Source of the DNA: Terrimicrobiaceae bacterium
GTDB taxonomy: Bacteria > Verrucomicrobiota > Verrucomicrobiia > Chthoniobacterales > Terrimicrobiaceae
Reading direction: 5' to 3'
Assembly (NCBI GenBank): GCA_036525415.1
Contig: DATDAL010000025.1
Span: forward strand, 11,038-75,037
Length of the DNA: 64,000 nucleotides
The position numbers were made by a program, and so were the translations under genes. Positions 10,245 to 18,434 of the stretch are shown one piece after another (the first letter of the stretch is position 1; every line of letters starts with the position of its first letter). Under the pieces are notes generated by a model that was not told the DNA's origin, did no database searches, and saw only the letters and a list, made by a program, of their open reading frames with translations.

Positions 10245-10390
10245 CCCCCGCCGCGGCATAGAGTTTCCCCCTATGTGGCGCTAGGGAATTTCCGCAGGCG
10301 TAAGCTATTCTCTGATGCTCCGATCGCTAAGCGCACCGATTGGGGAAACAATCTCCTTAGCGTACGCTGCACCAGGATCTGACAACGACT

Positions 10391-10990
10391 ATGGAAATGA
10401 CTCTAGAGCACGATTCAATGCTGGAAGACCAACAACTAATGAACGGCATCCTGCGGAGGCTGCCTGAAGCTTTAGGGGAGCTCCACAAGCGCTACCGGGC
10501 GGTATTGAGATCGATTATCATGCAGGTGCTGCATGATGAAACCGAGGCCGACGACGTCTTGCAAGAGGTGTTCCTTCAAGTGTGGGATCGAGCGCCCACT
10601 TACTCCTCCCGAAAGGGAAAATTGCTAAGCTGGCTCTGCACGCTAGCAAGGCGGCGCGCAATCGACCGCCTGCGGCAGCACAGCGCCTATCGAAGGGCTA
10701 CGGATCGCTACGAGGTCTCGTGCAACCATTCCGACAAAGAATTCGACCAATCGCACACGGTCGAGTGCGAAGCATTTCGCGGCGATCTTCGTTCGCTCTT
10801 GCACCAGCACTTGGTCGCGCTGCCACCCAATCAGCAGGAGGTGATCCGCCTGGCTTTCTTCGAAGAAAAAAGTCAGCGCGAAATATCAGCCCTTACCCGA
10901 ACTCCCCTGGGCACCGTCAAAACACGAATCGAACTGGGAATAAAGAAGCTCTCTCATGCCCTTGGGGGTCTGCGGGAGAAGGTTATTTGA
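10391..10990 (+). CDS. ECF (group 4) sigma-70 family RNA polymerase sigma factor
   Basis: 199 aa. Region 2: DDVLQEVFLQVWDRAPTY...LLSWLCTLARRRAIDRLR. Region 4 HTH: LPPNQQEVIRLAFFEEKSQREISALTRTPLGTVKTRIELGIKKL. Confidence 0.85.
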   Translation: MEMTLEHDSMLEDQQLMNGILRRLPEALGELHKRYRAVLRSIIMQVLHDETEADDVLQEVFLQVWDRAPTYSSRKGKLLSWLCTLARRRAIDRLRQHSAYRRATDRYEVSCNHSDKEFDQSHTVECEAFRGDLRSLLHQHLVALPPNQQEVIRLAFFEEKSQREISALTRTPLGTVKTRIELGIKKLSHALGGLREKVI

Positions 10991-10991
10991 C

Positions 10992-12041
10992 TCATTCCAG
11001 TTTGAGGTTTTCCGGAAGCGAGTCGGGTGCAAGTGCATGAAGCTCCGTCAACCCAATCTGCGGATAGGTGGGACTCTTGGTGATCGGGTGCGCCACTGGG
11101 CGGACATCAATCGACATCTCGCGCCCGCCTCTAATAATGCTTATCGGAACCCGGTCACCAGCCGTCAGGAAAAACGAAGCATCAATGACATCCTCAGCCT
11201 TCGAAATCTTGACGCCGCCGATCTTGGATATGATATCGCCTTCCATCAGTCCGGCCTCGGCGGCTGGAGATTCCGAACCGAGCTCGGCGATGCGAACCTG
11301 CGAGTCCTCTCCGGGTTCGTCCTCGACATTGGCGCCTACCCAACCGTGCCTCGGTCCGCCGAACCGTATGTAATCCATTCGAATCTTTTCTGCGGCCTCT
11401 ATCGGCAGGGCGTAGCACGCTCCGCCGCCCTCGATTCCGGAGATAATGATGCCGATAACCTCGCCTTTAAGGTTCATTAAGGGTGCCCCGCCAAAGCCCG
11501 GTTCGACCGAAACAATTGCGCGGATATGGGTCGTCATGAAGTATCTGCCGAGAAACTGGCGGTCGAATCCACCCACGATTCCAAAGCTCGGCGTTGCAGC
11601 GAGATTCACCGGAAAGCCGATGGCCACGACCGGTGAGGCGAGCGAAAGCCCCTTGGAATTCCCGATCGGAATGAACGGAGAGTTGTAGTCCACCTTGAGG
11701 AGGGCAATGCCGCTTCGGGAATCTGCTGTAAGGAGTCTCGCGGGAATTCTCCGATCACCATGGACGACAAAAATCTCGTCCGCATTAGCGACCACGTATG
11801 AAAGAGTATAAATCGTACCCGCGGGGTCAGCAAAGAATCCGCTGCCGCTCAGCTTTCCATGGGAGTCGTAGGCTTCGACGCGAACCGTTGAACCACGACG
11901 CTCTTCGAAGAGTCTGCGAACCTCGGAGGAAATTTTTTCGCCGAGATTATCTTCCGCCCGGCCGGAAACGGCGAGCAGAACAAGAAGAACAAAAGAAGTA
12001 AGCTTTCCGTCGAGAAAGCTAGAAGGTGAGCGGCTGCTCAT
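10992..12041 (-). CDS. Exported HtrA/DegS-like trypsin-fold + PDZ protein with substituted catalytic triad (predicted non-catalytic)
   Basis: 349 aa. Signal-peptide-like N-terminus (LTSFVLLVLLAVSGRAED). S1C-fold pattern: GSGFFADPAGTIYTLSYVV...DSRSGIALLKV...EPGFGGAPLMNLKGEVIGI. PDZ: GLMEGDIISKIGGVKISKAEDV. Positions aligning to the DegS His/Asp/Ser read Tyr/Gly/Gly. Confidence 0.8.
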   Translation of the reverse strand: MSSRSPSSFLDGKLTSFVLLVLLAVSGRAEDNLGEKISSEVRRLFEERRGSTVRVEAYDSHGKLSGSGFFADPAGTIYTLSYVVANADEIFVVHGDRRIPARLLTADSRSGIALLKVDYNSPFIPIGNSKGLSLASPVVAIGFPVNLAATPSFGIVGGFDRQFLGRYFMTTHIRAIVSVEPGFGGAPLMNLKGEVIGIIISGIEGGGACYALPIEAAEKIRMDYIRFGGPRHGWVGANVEDEPGEDSQVRIAELGSESPAAEAGLMEGDIISKIGGVKISKAEDVIDASFFLTAGDRVPISIIRGGREMSIDVRPVAHPITKSPTYPQIGLTELHALAPDSLPENLKLE

Positions 12042-12441
12042 TGCTCACGGGCCTGGACTGAAGCACATAATGAGATGGCAGCGGCCCACCGGGCCGTGCG
12101 GAGACCGGAAGCGTATCGGTAATTGTGACGGGTTTTGAAGCGGTGAGCGACAGCGAGGTCCTATCCGCGCCGGCGACTGTCCCACCTGGCTGCTGAGTGA
12201 GAATGAGGGTCGATGCGCCCGCGGCCAAGACGAGGATCGCCGCATAGGCAAACTGAGGAACGCGGAACGTTGGCGCGATTGAAGTGATTCGATCCCAAAG
12301 CACAGCCCAAGCGGGCCGGCGCAACGCTTCGGCTCGCTGCCGACGCTGAAACTCTCGGAGGAAATCGTCGAAGTACCCCGGAGGCGGTTGTTCGTAGCGC
12401 TTCAAACGCAGTAACTTCGAGAGATTTAGGTCTTCGTCCAT
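12019..12441 (-). CDS. Putative single-pass membrane anti-sigma factor
   Basis: 140 aa, starting 9 nt after the sigma gene stop. Cytoplasmic N-terminus, one TM (FAYAAILVLAAGASTLILT), Pro/Thr-rich tail. No HxxxCxxC motif. The call is positional. Confidence 0.5.
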   Translation of the reverse strand: MDEDLNLSKLLRLKRYEQPPPGYFDDFLREFQRRQRAEALRRPAWAVLWDRITSIAPTFRVPQFAYAAILVLAAGASTLILTQQPGGTVAGADRTSLSLTASKPVTITDTLPVSARPGGPLPSHYVLQSRPVSNEQPLTF

Positions 12442-12450
12442 ACCGTTGAG

Positions 12451-13038
12451 TCAGTGTTTGATAAACTCTTCGAGATAAATTTGCAACTGGCGGTGCGCAT
12501 AAAACAACCTCGATCTCACAGTGCCCTCCGAGATGCCAAGAATTTTGGCGATCTCCGCATGAGGCATACCTTGAATGTCGAACATGGTGACAACCGCTCT
12601 ATGTTCGTGAGACAGCTTCTGCAATGCCTCGTTCAATCTTTGCTGAAGTTCGGAAAGATTGGCGTCGTGGCGGGGATCGCCCCCGGTGGTGGCTTCTATG
12701 AAGTCCGGGTCGTTTTGCACGCCAGCATCCAGGTCATCGAGACTCATGGAGTGGCGCCGTCCGCGTTTCTTTACGAAATTGATGGTCATGTTGACTGCAA
12801 TGGAATGCATCCACGTGTAAAAGCTGGACTTTCCCCGGAAGCCGTTAATGGAGCGATAGGCTTTTGCGAAGACTTCCTGAAGCAGATCGTTGGTGTCTTC
12901 GTGGTTGGAAGTCATATTGTAAACGAGTCCGTAGAGCCTGGGACTATAGCGGACAACGAGTTCGTCGAATGCTTCCGGGTCGCCGGCCTGTGTGCGGGCG
13001 ACCAACTCATCATCGTTTGGGTCCGGAGCTTCGTCCAT
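12451..13038 (-). CDS. ECF sigma factor (RpoE/sigma-24-like)
   Basis: 195 aa. Region 2: NDLLQEVFAKAYRSINGFRGKSSFYTWMHSIAVNMTINFVKK. Region 4: EHRAVVTMFDIQGMPHAEIAKILGISEGTVRSRLFYAHRQL. Confidence 0.9.
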   Translation of the reverse strand: MDEAPDPNDDELVARTQAGDPEAFDELVVRYSPRLYGLVYNMTSNHEDTNDLLQEVFAKAYRSINGFRGKSSFYTWMHSIAVNMTINFVKKRGRRHSMSLDDLDAGVQNDPDFIEATTGGDPRHDANLSELQQRLNEALQKLSHEHRAVVTMFDIQGMPHAEIAKILGISEGTVRSRLFYAHRQLQIYLEEFIKH

Positions 13039-13139
13039 TCGGGAAAAGCGCTTACGAGTATCAGAAAATGCGAGCGCTGGCCAGTCGCTGGTTGGAAGCG
13101 CACGCAGACCGAGAGGACTCGCAGCCTTCTACGAAGATC

Positions 13140-14096
13140 TCACGAACGCCCCGCTTCGAGGGTCTTCAAGTGTTGATATAAACGCTCGAGATGAGGGAGC
13201 AGCATTCCTGCGTTCTTCGCCTGCCTCAGCGGTTCACCCCATATTGCTTCGAGTTCCAATTGCTTGCCTGCAAGCCAGTCGATCAGTGTCGATGGCCGGT
13301 AGGCGCCCATCGAGTAGGTCCGCTGAATTTGGAAGGCCGCGAATTCTTTTTCGATGGGATGGCCAAGAGTTGTAGCCGCAGCGATGGTTTCGTCCATCAG
13401 CGCGCGGCATTGCGCACGCAGAGCGGGATCGGCAAGAATCTTGTCCACGGTATGGCCGCCTGCCGCTACGGCGAGTCCGTTGAAGGGAATGTTCCATACA
13501 AGCTTGCGCCAGCGCTCCGTCGTGAGTTCTTCCACAAGCTTTGCGTCGATGCCGCTCTCACGAAATGCGTCCACGATGAGGCGCGTGCGTCGCTGCGGAG
13601 GACCATCGAACTCTCCAATGGAGAGCATCCCGTGCCCAAAGTGATCCACACTTGCAGGTGAGCGCCGTGTGAGACAAACGAAACACAAGCCGCCGAGTAC
13701 ACGGGCCACGCCATGATGCTCAGCGAGAAACTCCTCGTTCCCGAGGCCGTTTTGGAGCGTCAGTAGCATCGTCTCATCGTGGAGCAGGGGAGGGAGCAGA
13801 CGTTCCAGCGAACTGTTCGCGGTCGCCTTCAATGCGATGATTGCAAGGTCGCAGGGCCCGATATCACAAGGGTCACGAAACGCCCTTGGATGCTCGACGC
13901 GAATGTCCCCGCCTGACTGGCTGTAGATGCGAATGCCTCGTTGCTGAGCTTCCTCGAAACCCGATCGCATGAGAAACTGGATATTTGCGCCCTGAACGGC
14001 AAGCTTGCCGCCATAGTAGAGACCAATGGAGCCGGAGCCCACTATGGCGACCCTTCCCAGATCGTTGACTTTCATGTCCAATCGCAATCCTCCCAA
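13140..14096 (-). CDS. panE: 2-dehydropantoate 2-reductase (ketopantoate reductase family)
   Basis: 318 aa with an N-terminal Rossmann motif VAIVGSGSIGLYYGGKL and ApbA/PanE-like length and C-terminal domain. The start may be the internal Met (MKVNDLG) at 14075. Confidence 0.8.
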   Translation of the reverse strand: MGGLRLDMKVNDLGRVAIVGSGSIGLYYGGKLAVQGANIQFLMRSGFEEAQQRGIRIYSQSGGDIRVEHPRAFRDPCDIGPCDLAIIALKATANSSLERLLPPLLHDETMLLTLQNGLGNEEFLAEHHGVARVLGGLCFVCLTRRSPASVDHFGHGMLSIGEFDGPPQRRTRLIVDAFRESGIDAKLVEELTTERWRKLVWNIPFNGLAVAAGGHTVDKILADPALRAQCRALMDETIAAATTLGHPIEKEFAAFQIQRTYSMGAYRPSTLIDWLAGKQLELEAIWGEPLRQAKNAGMLLPHLERLYQHLKTLEAGRS

Positions 14097-14287
14097 TCGA
14101 GGGCGGTTAGCTTTGAAAACCCGGCCGCCCGCAGAGCATCACGGAAGCCGCCCGACGACTACAACCACCCGTAAGCTTGCTTGCATTTTCGCTCCAAGAG
14201 GAAACAGTAGTCATGGTTTCGTAATCGCTTGTGAGCGTTTCATAGATGGAAGGTGTCCCAATCTGAGCGAAAAAGCGCGGCAAAAAT

Positions 14288-15541
14288 TTGAACATGGCAA
14301 CAACAATCGAACATCCTGAACCCTCGGCGAGAACTGTTGGGCTAGTGGGCAATTCTCAGGAAGCGGCGGAATTGCTCGGCGAGCAACTGACCTTGAACAT
14401 GGGTCCTTCACATCCCTCGACCCATGGCGTTTTGCGTATCGTTTTAGATTTGGACGGCGAGGTAATCACCAAGGCCACGCCGCACGTCGGCTACCTTCAT
14501 CGCGGCGATGAAAAGATTGCCGAGAACATGCAATACAACCAGTTCGTACCCTATACGGACAGACTCGATTATCTGGCGCCGATTGCTAACAACGTTGCGT
14601 ATGCACTCGCAGTCGAAAAGTTGATGGGCTGGGAGCTTCCTCCTCGCGGAAAGGCCATCCGGGTGATCTGTTACGAGTTAGCACGGATCTCGGCCCACAT
14701 GCTGGGAATTGGAGCCATGGCAATGGATATCGGCGCGGTCACCGTGTTCCTCTACACCTTTCTCGAACGCGAGAAAATCTACAACCTGGTCGAATTGCTG
14801 ACCGGTGCCCGCTTCACCACCAGCTACACGCGCATTGGAGGCCAGACGCGCGACTTGCCCGATACGTTTTTGCCTCAGTTGCGTGAGTTCATCGCGGGAG
14901 CCAAACCCGCCATCGAGGAGTTGGACAGGCTCCTCGGTCGCAATCGTATTTTTATCGATCGCTGTAAGGATATTGGGGTGATATCGAAAGAAGATGCGAT
15001 CGCCTATGCGATCTCTGGTCCGAACTTGCGCGGGGCGGGTATCGAGCATGACCTCCGCCGCAAGCATCCCTATCTCGACTATCAGAACTATGATTTCGAG
15101 ATTCCGATAGGAACTGTCGGAGATGCATTCGACCGCTTTCTTGTCCGCATGGAAGAAATGCGGCAAAGTGTCCGTATCCTCGAGCAAGTTGTCCAAAAGC
15201 TTCCGACCGGACCAATCAACTGCGTCGACCCCAAGCAGACGCTTCCGCCCAAGGTCGAAGTGCTCACAAAAATGGAGGAGCTAATTCACCATTTCATTCT
15301 GGTAACGGAGGGCGTGGATGCCCCCGTCGGAGAAGTGTACTTTGGTGCTGAGAATCCGAAGGGAGAGCTGGGCTTCTATATTTGCAGCAAAGGAGGAGGG
15401 GTTCCTTATCGTTTGAAAATTCGCGCTCCCAGCTTCGTCAATCTCAGCATCTTGCCTAAGATCCTTCCTGGACACATGATTAGTGACGTCGTCACGATCC
15501 TCGGCTCCATCGACTTTGTCATGGGCGAGTGCGACCGCTGA
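14288..15541 (+). CDS. nuoD: NADH-quinone oxidoreductase subunit D (49-kDa subunit)
   Basis: 417 aa. Motifs: LNMGPSHPSTHGVLRIVLDLDGE, HVGYLHRGDEKIAEN, and the C-terminal IDFVMGECDR ending typical of NuoD. No other nuo gene adjacent. Confidence 0.92.
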   Translation: MNMATTIEHPEPSARTVGLVGNSQEAAELLGEQLTLNMGPSHPSTHGVLRIVLDLDGEVITKATPHVGYLHRGDEKIAENMQYNQFVPYTDRLDYLAPIANNVAYALAVEKLMGWELPPRGKAIRVICYELARISAHMLGIGAMAMDIGAVTVFLYTFLEREKIYNLVELLTGARFTTSYTRIGGQTRDLPDTFLPQLREFIAGAKPAIEELDRLLGRNRIFIDRCKDIGVISKEDAIAYAISGPNLRGAGIEHDLRRKHPYLDYQNYDFEIPIGTVGDAFDRFLVRMEEMRQSVRILEQVVQKLPTGPINCVDPKQTLPPKVEVLTKMEELIHHFILVTEGVDAPVGEVYFGAENPKGELGFYICSKGGGVPYRLKIRAPSFVNLSILPKILPGHMISDVVTILGSIDFVMGECDR

Positions 15542-16114
15542 AGGGAAGGGATCAAACTGCGTTAAGCTCCCGTGTGAAAGGGCGCGGGGGCGAAGCCGGG
15601 GCAAGCACATGGCCGATGACGAGGGGTTGTCGCTCACGGATGAGCAGTCGCGCACTTCGAATATTGCTTTAAAAGCTTACAGGGATTGAGCTCGGCCTCT
15701 CTAGCGTACACAAAGTCGATCATATTCGGCATGCATGGCGGAAATTCCTTCGCGTTGAACTCGAGAAATTCTGAAACTCAGCGCTTCCAATGCCGTTGTA
15801 TTGGGATGAACGGTGATGATCAGAATGGAGCAGCCTTCGTTCGCTTTTGATTCTTGTGCCGGCGGACTAACTGGATGTGGAGAGAATGGGAACCATGGCA
15901 TCACGCTCTCGATAATTGGTTGGGGAGATTATGACAGCCAATAAGGCAGCGCCCAGTGAATGCAAATGCTCGCTTGTGAATGTCGTCATCACTGCCTTAC
16001 CGCTCTTTTGGAGATATATATTGCCGGCTGAGGGGCTTGGCGATTGCTTTGCCTTGACTTTGACCAAGGGCCGGTTCACCGACTACTTCTGCTTGCTAAG
16101 GAAAGGAGGCGCTT

Positions 16115-16663
16115 ATGGAATTACGGATTTTACCGCTTTTTACCGCTGATTCAGACGACGATGCCACGATTGAGGAGCAGCTCAAGTGGGTGGGAAAAGT
16201 GTACAATTTTTACAAGTTTAGCGTCGTGTTCTGGCCATACCGTACGAGAAACAGCAACAACACCATTCCATTGAAGGACCTATTCGGTCCTCATTCAGGC
16301 GAAGTCATGGACCTATGGGGTGGAGCAGCTCAGCTTTACGGCGGTCAAATGAGTTACATCCTGCCCGTCGTGTTTGCCCCGTTCCGGACAAATAGGATAG
16401 CGGGACTTACTTCGTTCGTTGCACAAAAAAGTCGTCGGTTCGGGATGTTGGGGAACTTGACTGCAGACACTAAGCCTATCTGTACCGTCAACACCCGAAA
16501 ATGCACTGTGCTGACGACTGCTCATGAAATTGGCCACGCCGCCGGCCTTGAAGACCAGGAGGTGGACAATCGAAATTTGATGTTTCACTCCGGGGAGCGA
16601 CTTAGCTATGGCTTGGACGTTGATCAAAGGAATAGAATCGCCAAATCAGGCTTTGCACATTAG
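16115..16663 (+). CDS. Small metzincin-like zinc metallopeptidase (HExxHxxGxxD type)
   Basis: 182 aa. Strong SD (AAGGAGG) 6 nt upstream of the ATG. Motif TAHEIGHAAGLED followed by NLMFH (a possible Met-turn). No obvious signal peptide. Lies in a roughly 45% GC segment. Confidence 0.6.
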   Translation: MELRILPLFTADSDDDATIEEQLKWVGKVYNFYKFSVVFWPYRTRNSNNTIPLKDLFGPHSGEVMDLWGGAAQLYGGQMSYILPVVFAPFRTNRIAGLTSFVAQKSRRFGMLGNLTADTKPICTVNTRKCTVLTTAHEIGHAAGLEDQEVDNRNLMFHSGERLSYGLDVDQRNRIAKSGFAH

Positions 16664-16989
16664 AGTATTGCTTCACTGTCCACAGATGGAGACGGATGTC
16701 CTTTAGCTCCTTGTCCAACAGTTGATCAAGGGATTTGTCATATTGTCTCCCGGCCAAATAGCCCTCCATGTTGAACAACAGGCGTTTCGCCTTACGTGCA
16801 CTTGGATACGGCTGCAGGCGTATCCAGGAAAGACCGCCACGAATCCTTAACGCGGGTTTTCCAGTTGGATGTGGCCAGTACGTGAAGTGGTAGGGGACCT
16901 GCTCTGAGCAGAGTTCATGAAGAAACCTCTCTCGTTGAAGCCTTCGGAACCCTAAAGAATTCGCGACCGTTTCGTCGCGGCCTTCTCTT

Positions 16990-17328
16990 CTAACCTGGCG
17001 GCCAAGCCATCTGACGGCCCCCGAGGAGGTGTACATGAAGATGGGGAACGCTTTCGCCGGCATGAGGTCCGTGGTTGAGTACGACCCGATATCCGGTTTG
17101 TTCCAGCCCCTCTCGACGGGCGATGGACGCTGCGGTCAGAAGCAAATGACCGAGCAGCACGGCGTGTTGGTCTGTCGCCTCACCCAGGCGCGGAATGACT
17201 GGTCTCGGAATGATCAAAACGTGCACGGGCGCTTGGGGATTGATGTCACGAATCGCAATGCACTCTCCATCCTCGTGAATGATCTGAGCGGGAATCTCCC
17301 GCGTGATGATGCGTTCAAAAAGAGTCAT
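16990..17328 (-). CDS. HIT-family (histidine triad) nucleotide-binding protein
   Basis: 112 aa with the histidine triad VPHLHVHLLGG. ATGA overlap with the upstream gene. Confidence 0.9.
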   Translation of the reverse strand: MTLFERIITREIPAQIIHEDGECIAIRDINPQAPVHVLIIPRPVIPRLGEATDQHAVLLGHLLLTAASIARREGLEQTGYRVVLNHGPHAGESVPHLHVHLLGGRQMAWPPG

Positions 17329-17885
17329 GACAGCTGCATCTGAAACTCGCCGGCCTGCGGTCTCGCGTCGAGTTCCTTGCGAACGAAGTTGACCACTTCA
17401 TCGAGAAGACCGGAACAATCCCGCCGCCAGTTTTTCGCGGACCTCAGGAGTTTGATTCCACTATGCGCGTCGCAGATCTCCACACGCTCGACCTTCGCTT
17501 CGAAGGCTTCTCTCAAGCGCGAGCGAAGGAGATCGAAAAAGGCAAGTTCGTAGCCATGCCCTGCGGCATGAGCAAGTTCAGCCAATGAGATTCGAGCGGG
17601 TGGAGGAACAGCGCAAAAATGCCCTGCCACGTCAGCATAGCCAATTACCTGCAGGACGGATTGCACTGCTTTTTCCAGGCGGTTGACAGTGACCACGCTC
17701 TCTTCGAAGTCTTGTTCGAGATAGTTTGTCACGCTCTCGGTGACGTGAGGGGCCAGCCACCATTTCTTGTAGCCCGCGCGCTCGGCGGCGCGGGAAAGGG
17801 TCCCGGCGAGCCATCCCCGCTCGAAGGGAATGATCTGACCATCACTGAAGCGCACGAGCGGCAGATTGTTTGGCAGATTGATCAC
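17325..17885 (-). CDS. Hypothetical protein with a possible degenerate ATP-cone-like N-terminal half
   Basis: 186 aa. The GTG start overlaps the nrdR stop (GTGA) and its own stop overlaps the HIT start (ATGA). LVRFSDGQIIPFERGWLAGTLSRAAE...VTVNRLEKAVQSVLQVIGYADVAGHF loosely follows the ATP-cone pattern seen in the adjacent NrdR. Confidence 0.6.
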   Translation of the reverse strand: MINLPNNLPLVRFSDGQIIPFERGWLAGTLSRAAERAGYKKWWLAPHVTESVTNYLEQDFEESVVTVNRLEKAVQSVLQVIGYADVAGHFCAVPPPARISLAELAHAAGHGYELAFFDLLRSRLREAFEAKVERVEICDAHSGIKLLRSAKNWRRDCSGLLDEVVNFVRKELDARPQAGEFQMQLS

Positions 17886-18376
17886 GCTTTAAACAACTCA
17901 GGCTGCGCTGGAGAGTGGATCGATCGCTTCTCCTGGTAAGTTTGAATCTCCTCGATGAAATCGCCGATCTCCTGGAATTGCCGGTAAATCGAGGCGTAGC
18001 GCACATACGCGATGGGATCCAAGGCATGGAGCTTTTCCATAACCTTCGCTCCAATGAAGCGAGTAGGAATCTCGCGTTTCTGCTCGGTTTCGAATTCGTG
18101 AAGCAGTTCCTCCACGGCACGCTCGATCTGGTCGAGACCAATGGGGCGCTTTTCGCACGCTTTGACAAGGCTGGTTTGAAGCTTGTGTCTGTCGAAGGGT
18201 TCATGACGTCCATCGCGCTTGATAGCACGCAGTTCGAGGCGCTCGATCTCCTCGTACGTCGTGTAGCGCGTCTCGCATCCGAGGCACTCACGGCGCCGAC
18301 GGATACTATCACCGTCTTTCGAGAGACGAGAATCAATCACCTTATCTTGAAGGGAACCGCACTTAGGGCAACGCAT
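17882..18376 (-). CDS. nrdR: Transcriptional repressor NrdR (Zn-ribbon + ATP-cone)
   Basis: 164 aa. N-terminus MRCPKCGS...CLGCETRYTTYE, then the ATP-cone IKRDGRHEPFDRHKL...AYVRYASIYRQF. Confidence 0.95.
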   Translation of the reverse strand: MRCPKCGSLQDKVIDSRLSKDGDSIRRRRECLGCETRYTTYEEIERLELRAIKRDGRHEPFDRHKLQTSLVKACEKRPIGLDQIERAVEELLHEFETEQKREIPTRFIGAKVMEKLHALDPIAYVRYASIYRQFQEIGDFIEEIQTYQEKRSIHSPAQPELFKA

Positions 18377-18434
18377 TGTGGTGCCTTAACTCTTTTTTGC
18401 GAATTCACCACAATATCTTGAGATGTCAATCCGT

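Noticed and set aside
12454-13176. 240-aa plus-strand ORF covering the ECF sigma gene
   Set aside because: It is antisense to a clear sigma-70 region 2/4 protein, and the shadow ORF has no recognisable domain.
16602-17063. 153-aa minus-strand ORF between the metzincin and the HIT gene
   Set aside because: Its 5' part overlaps the HIT gene and its 3' end overlaps the metzincin gene by 62 nt. The first ATG downstream of the HIT stop (16769) would leave only 55 aa. No motif was recognised. I kept it only as a possible degraded gene within the low-GC islet.
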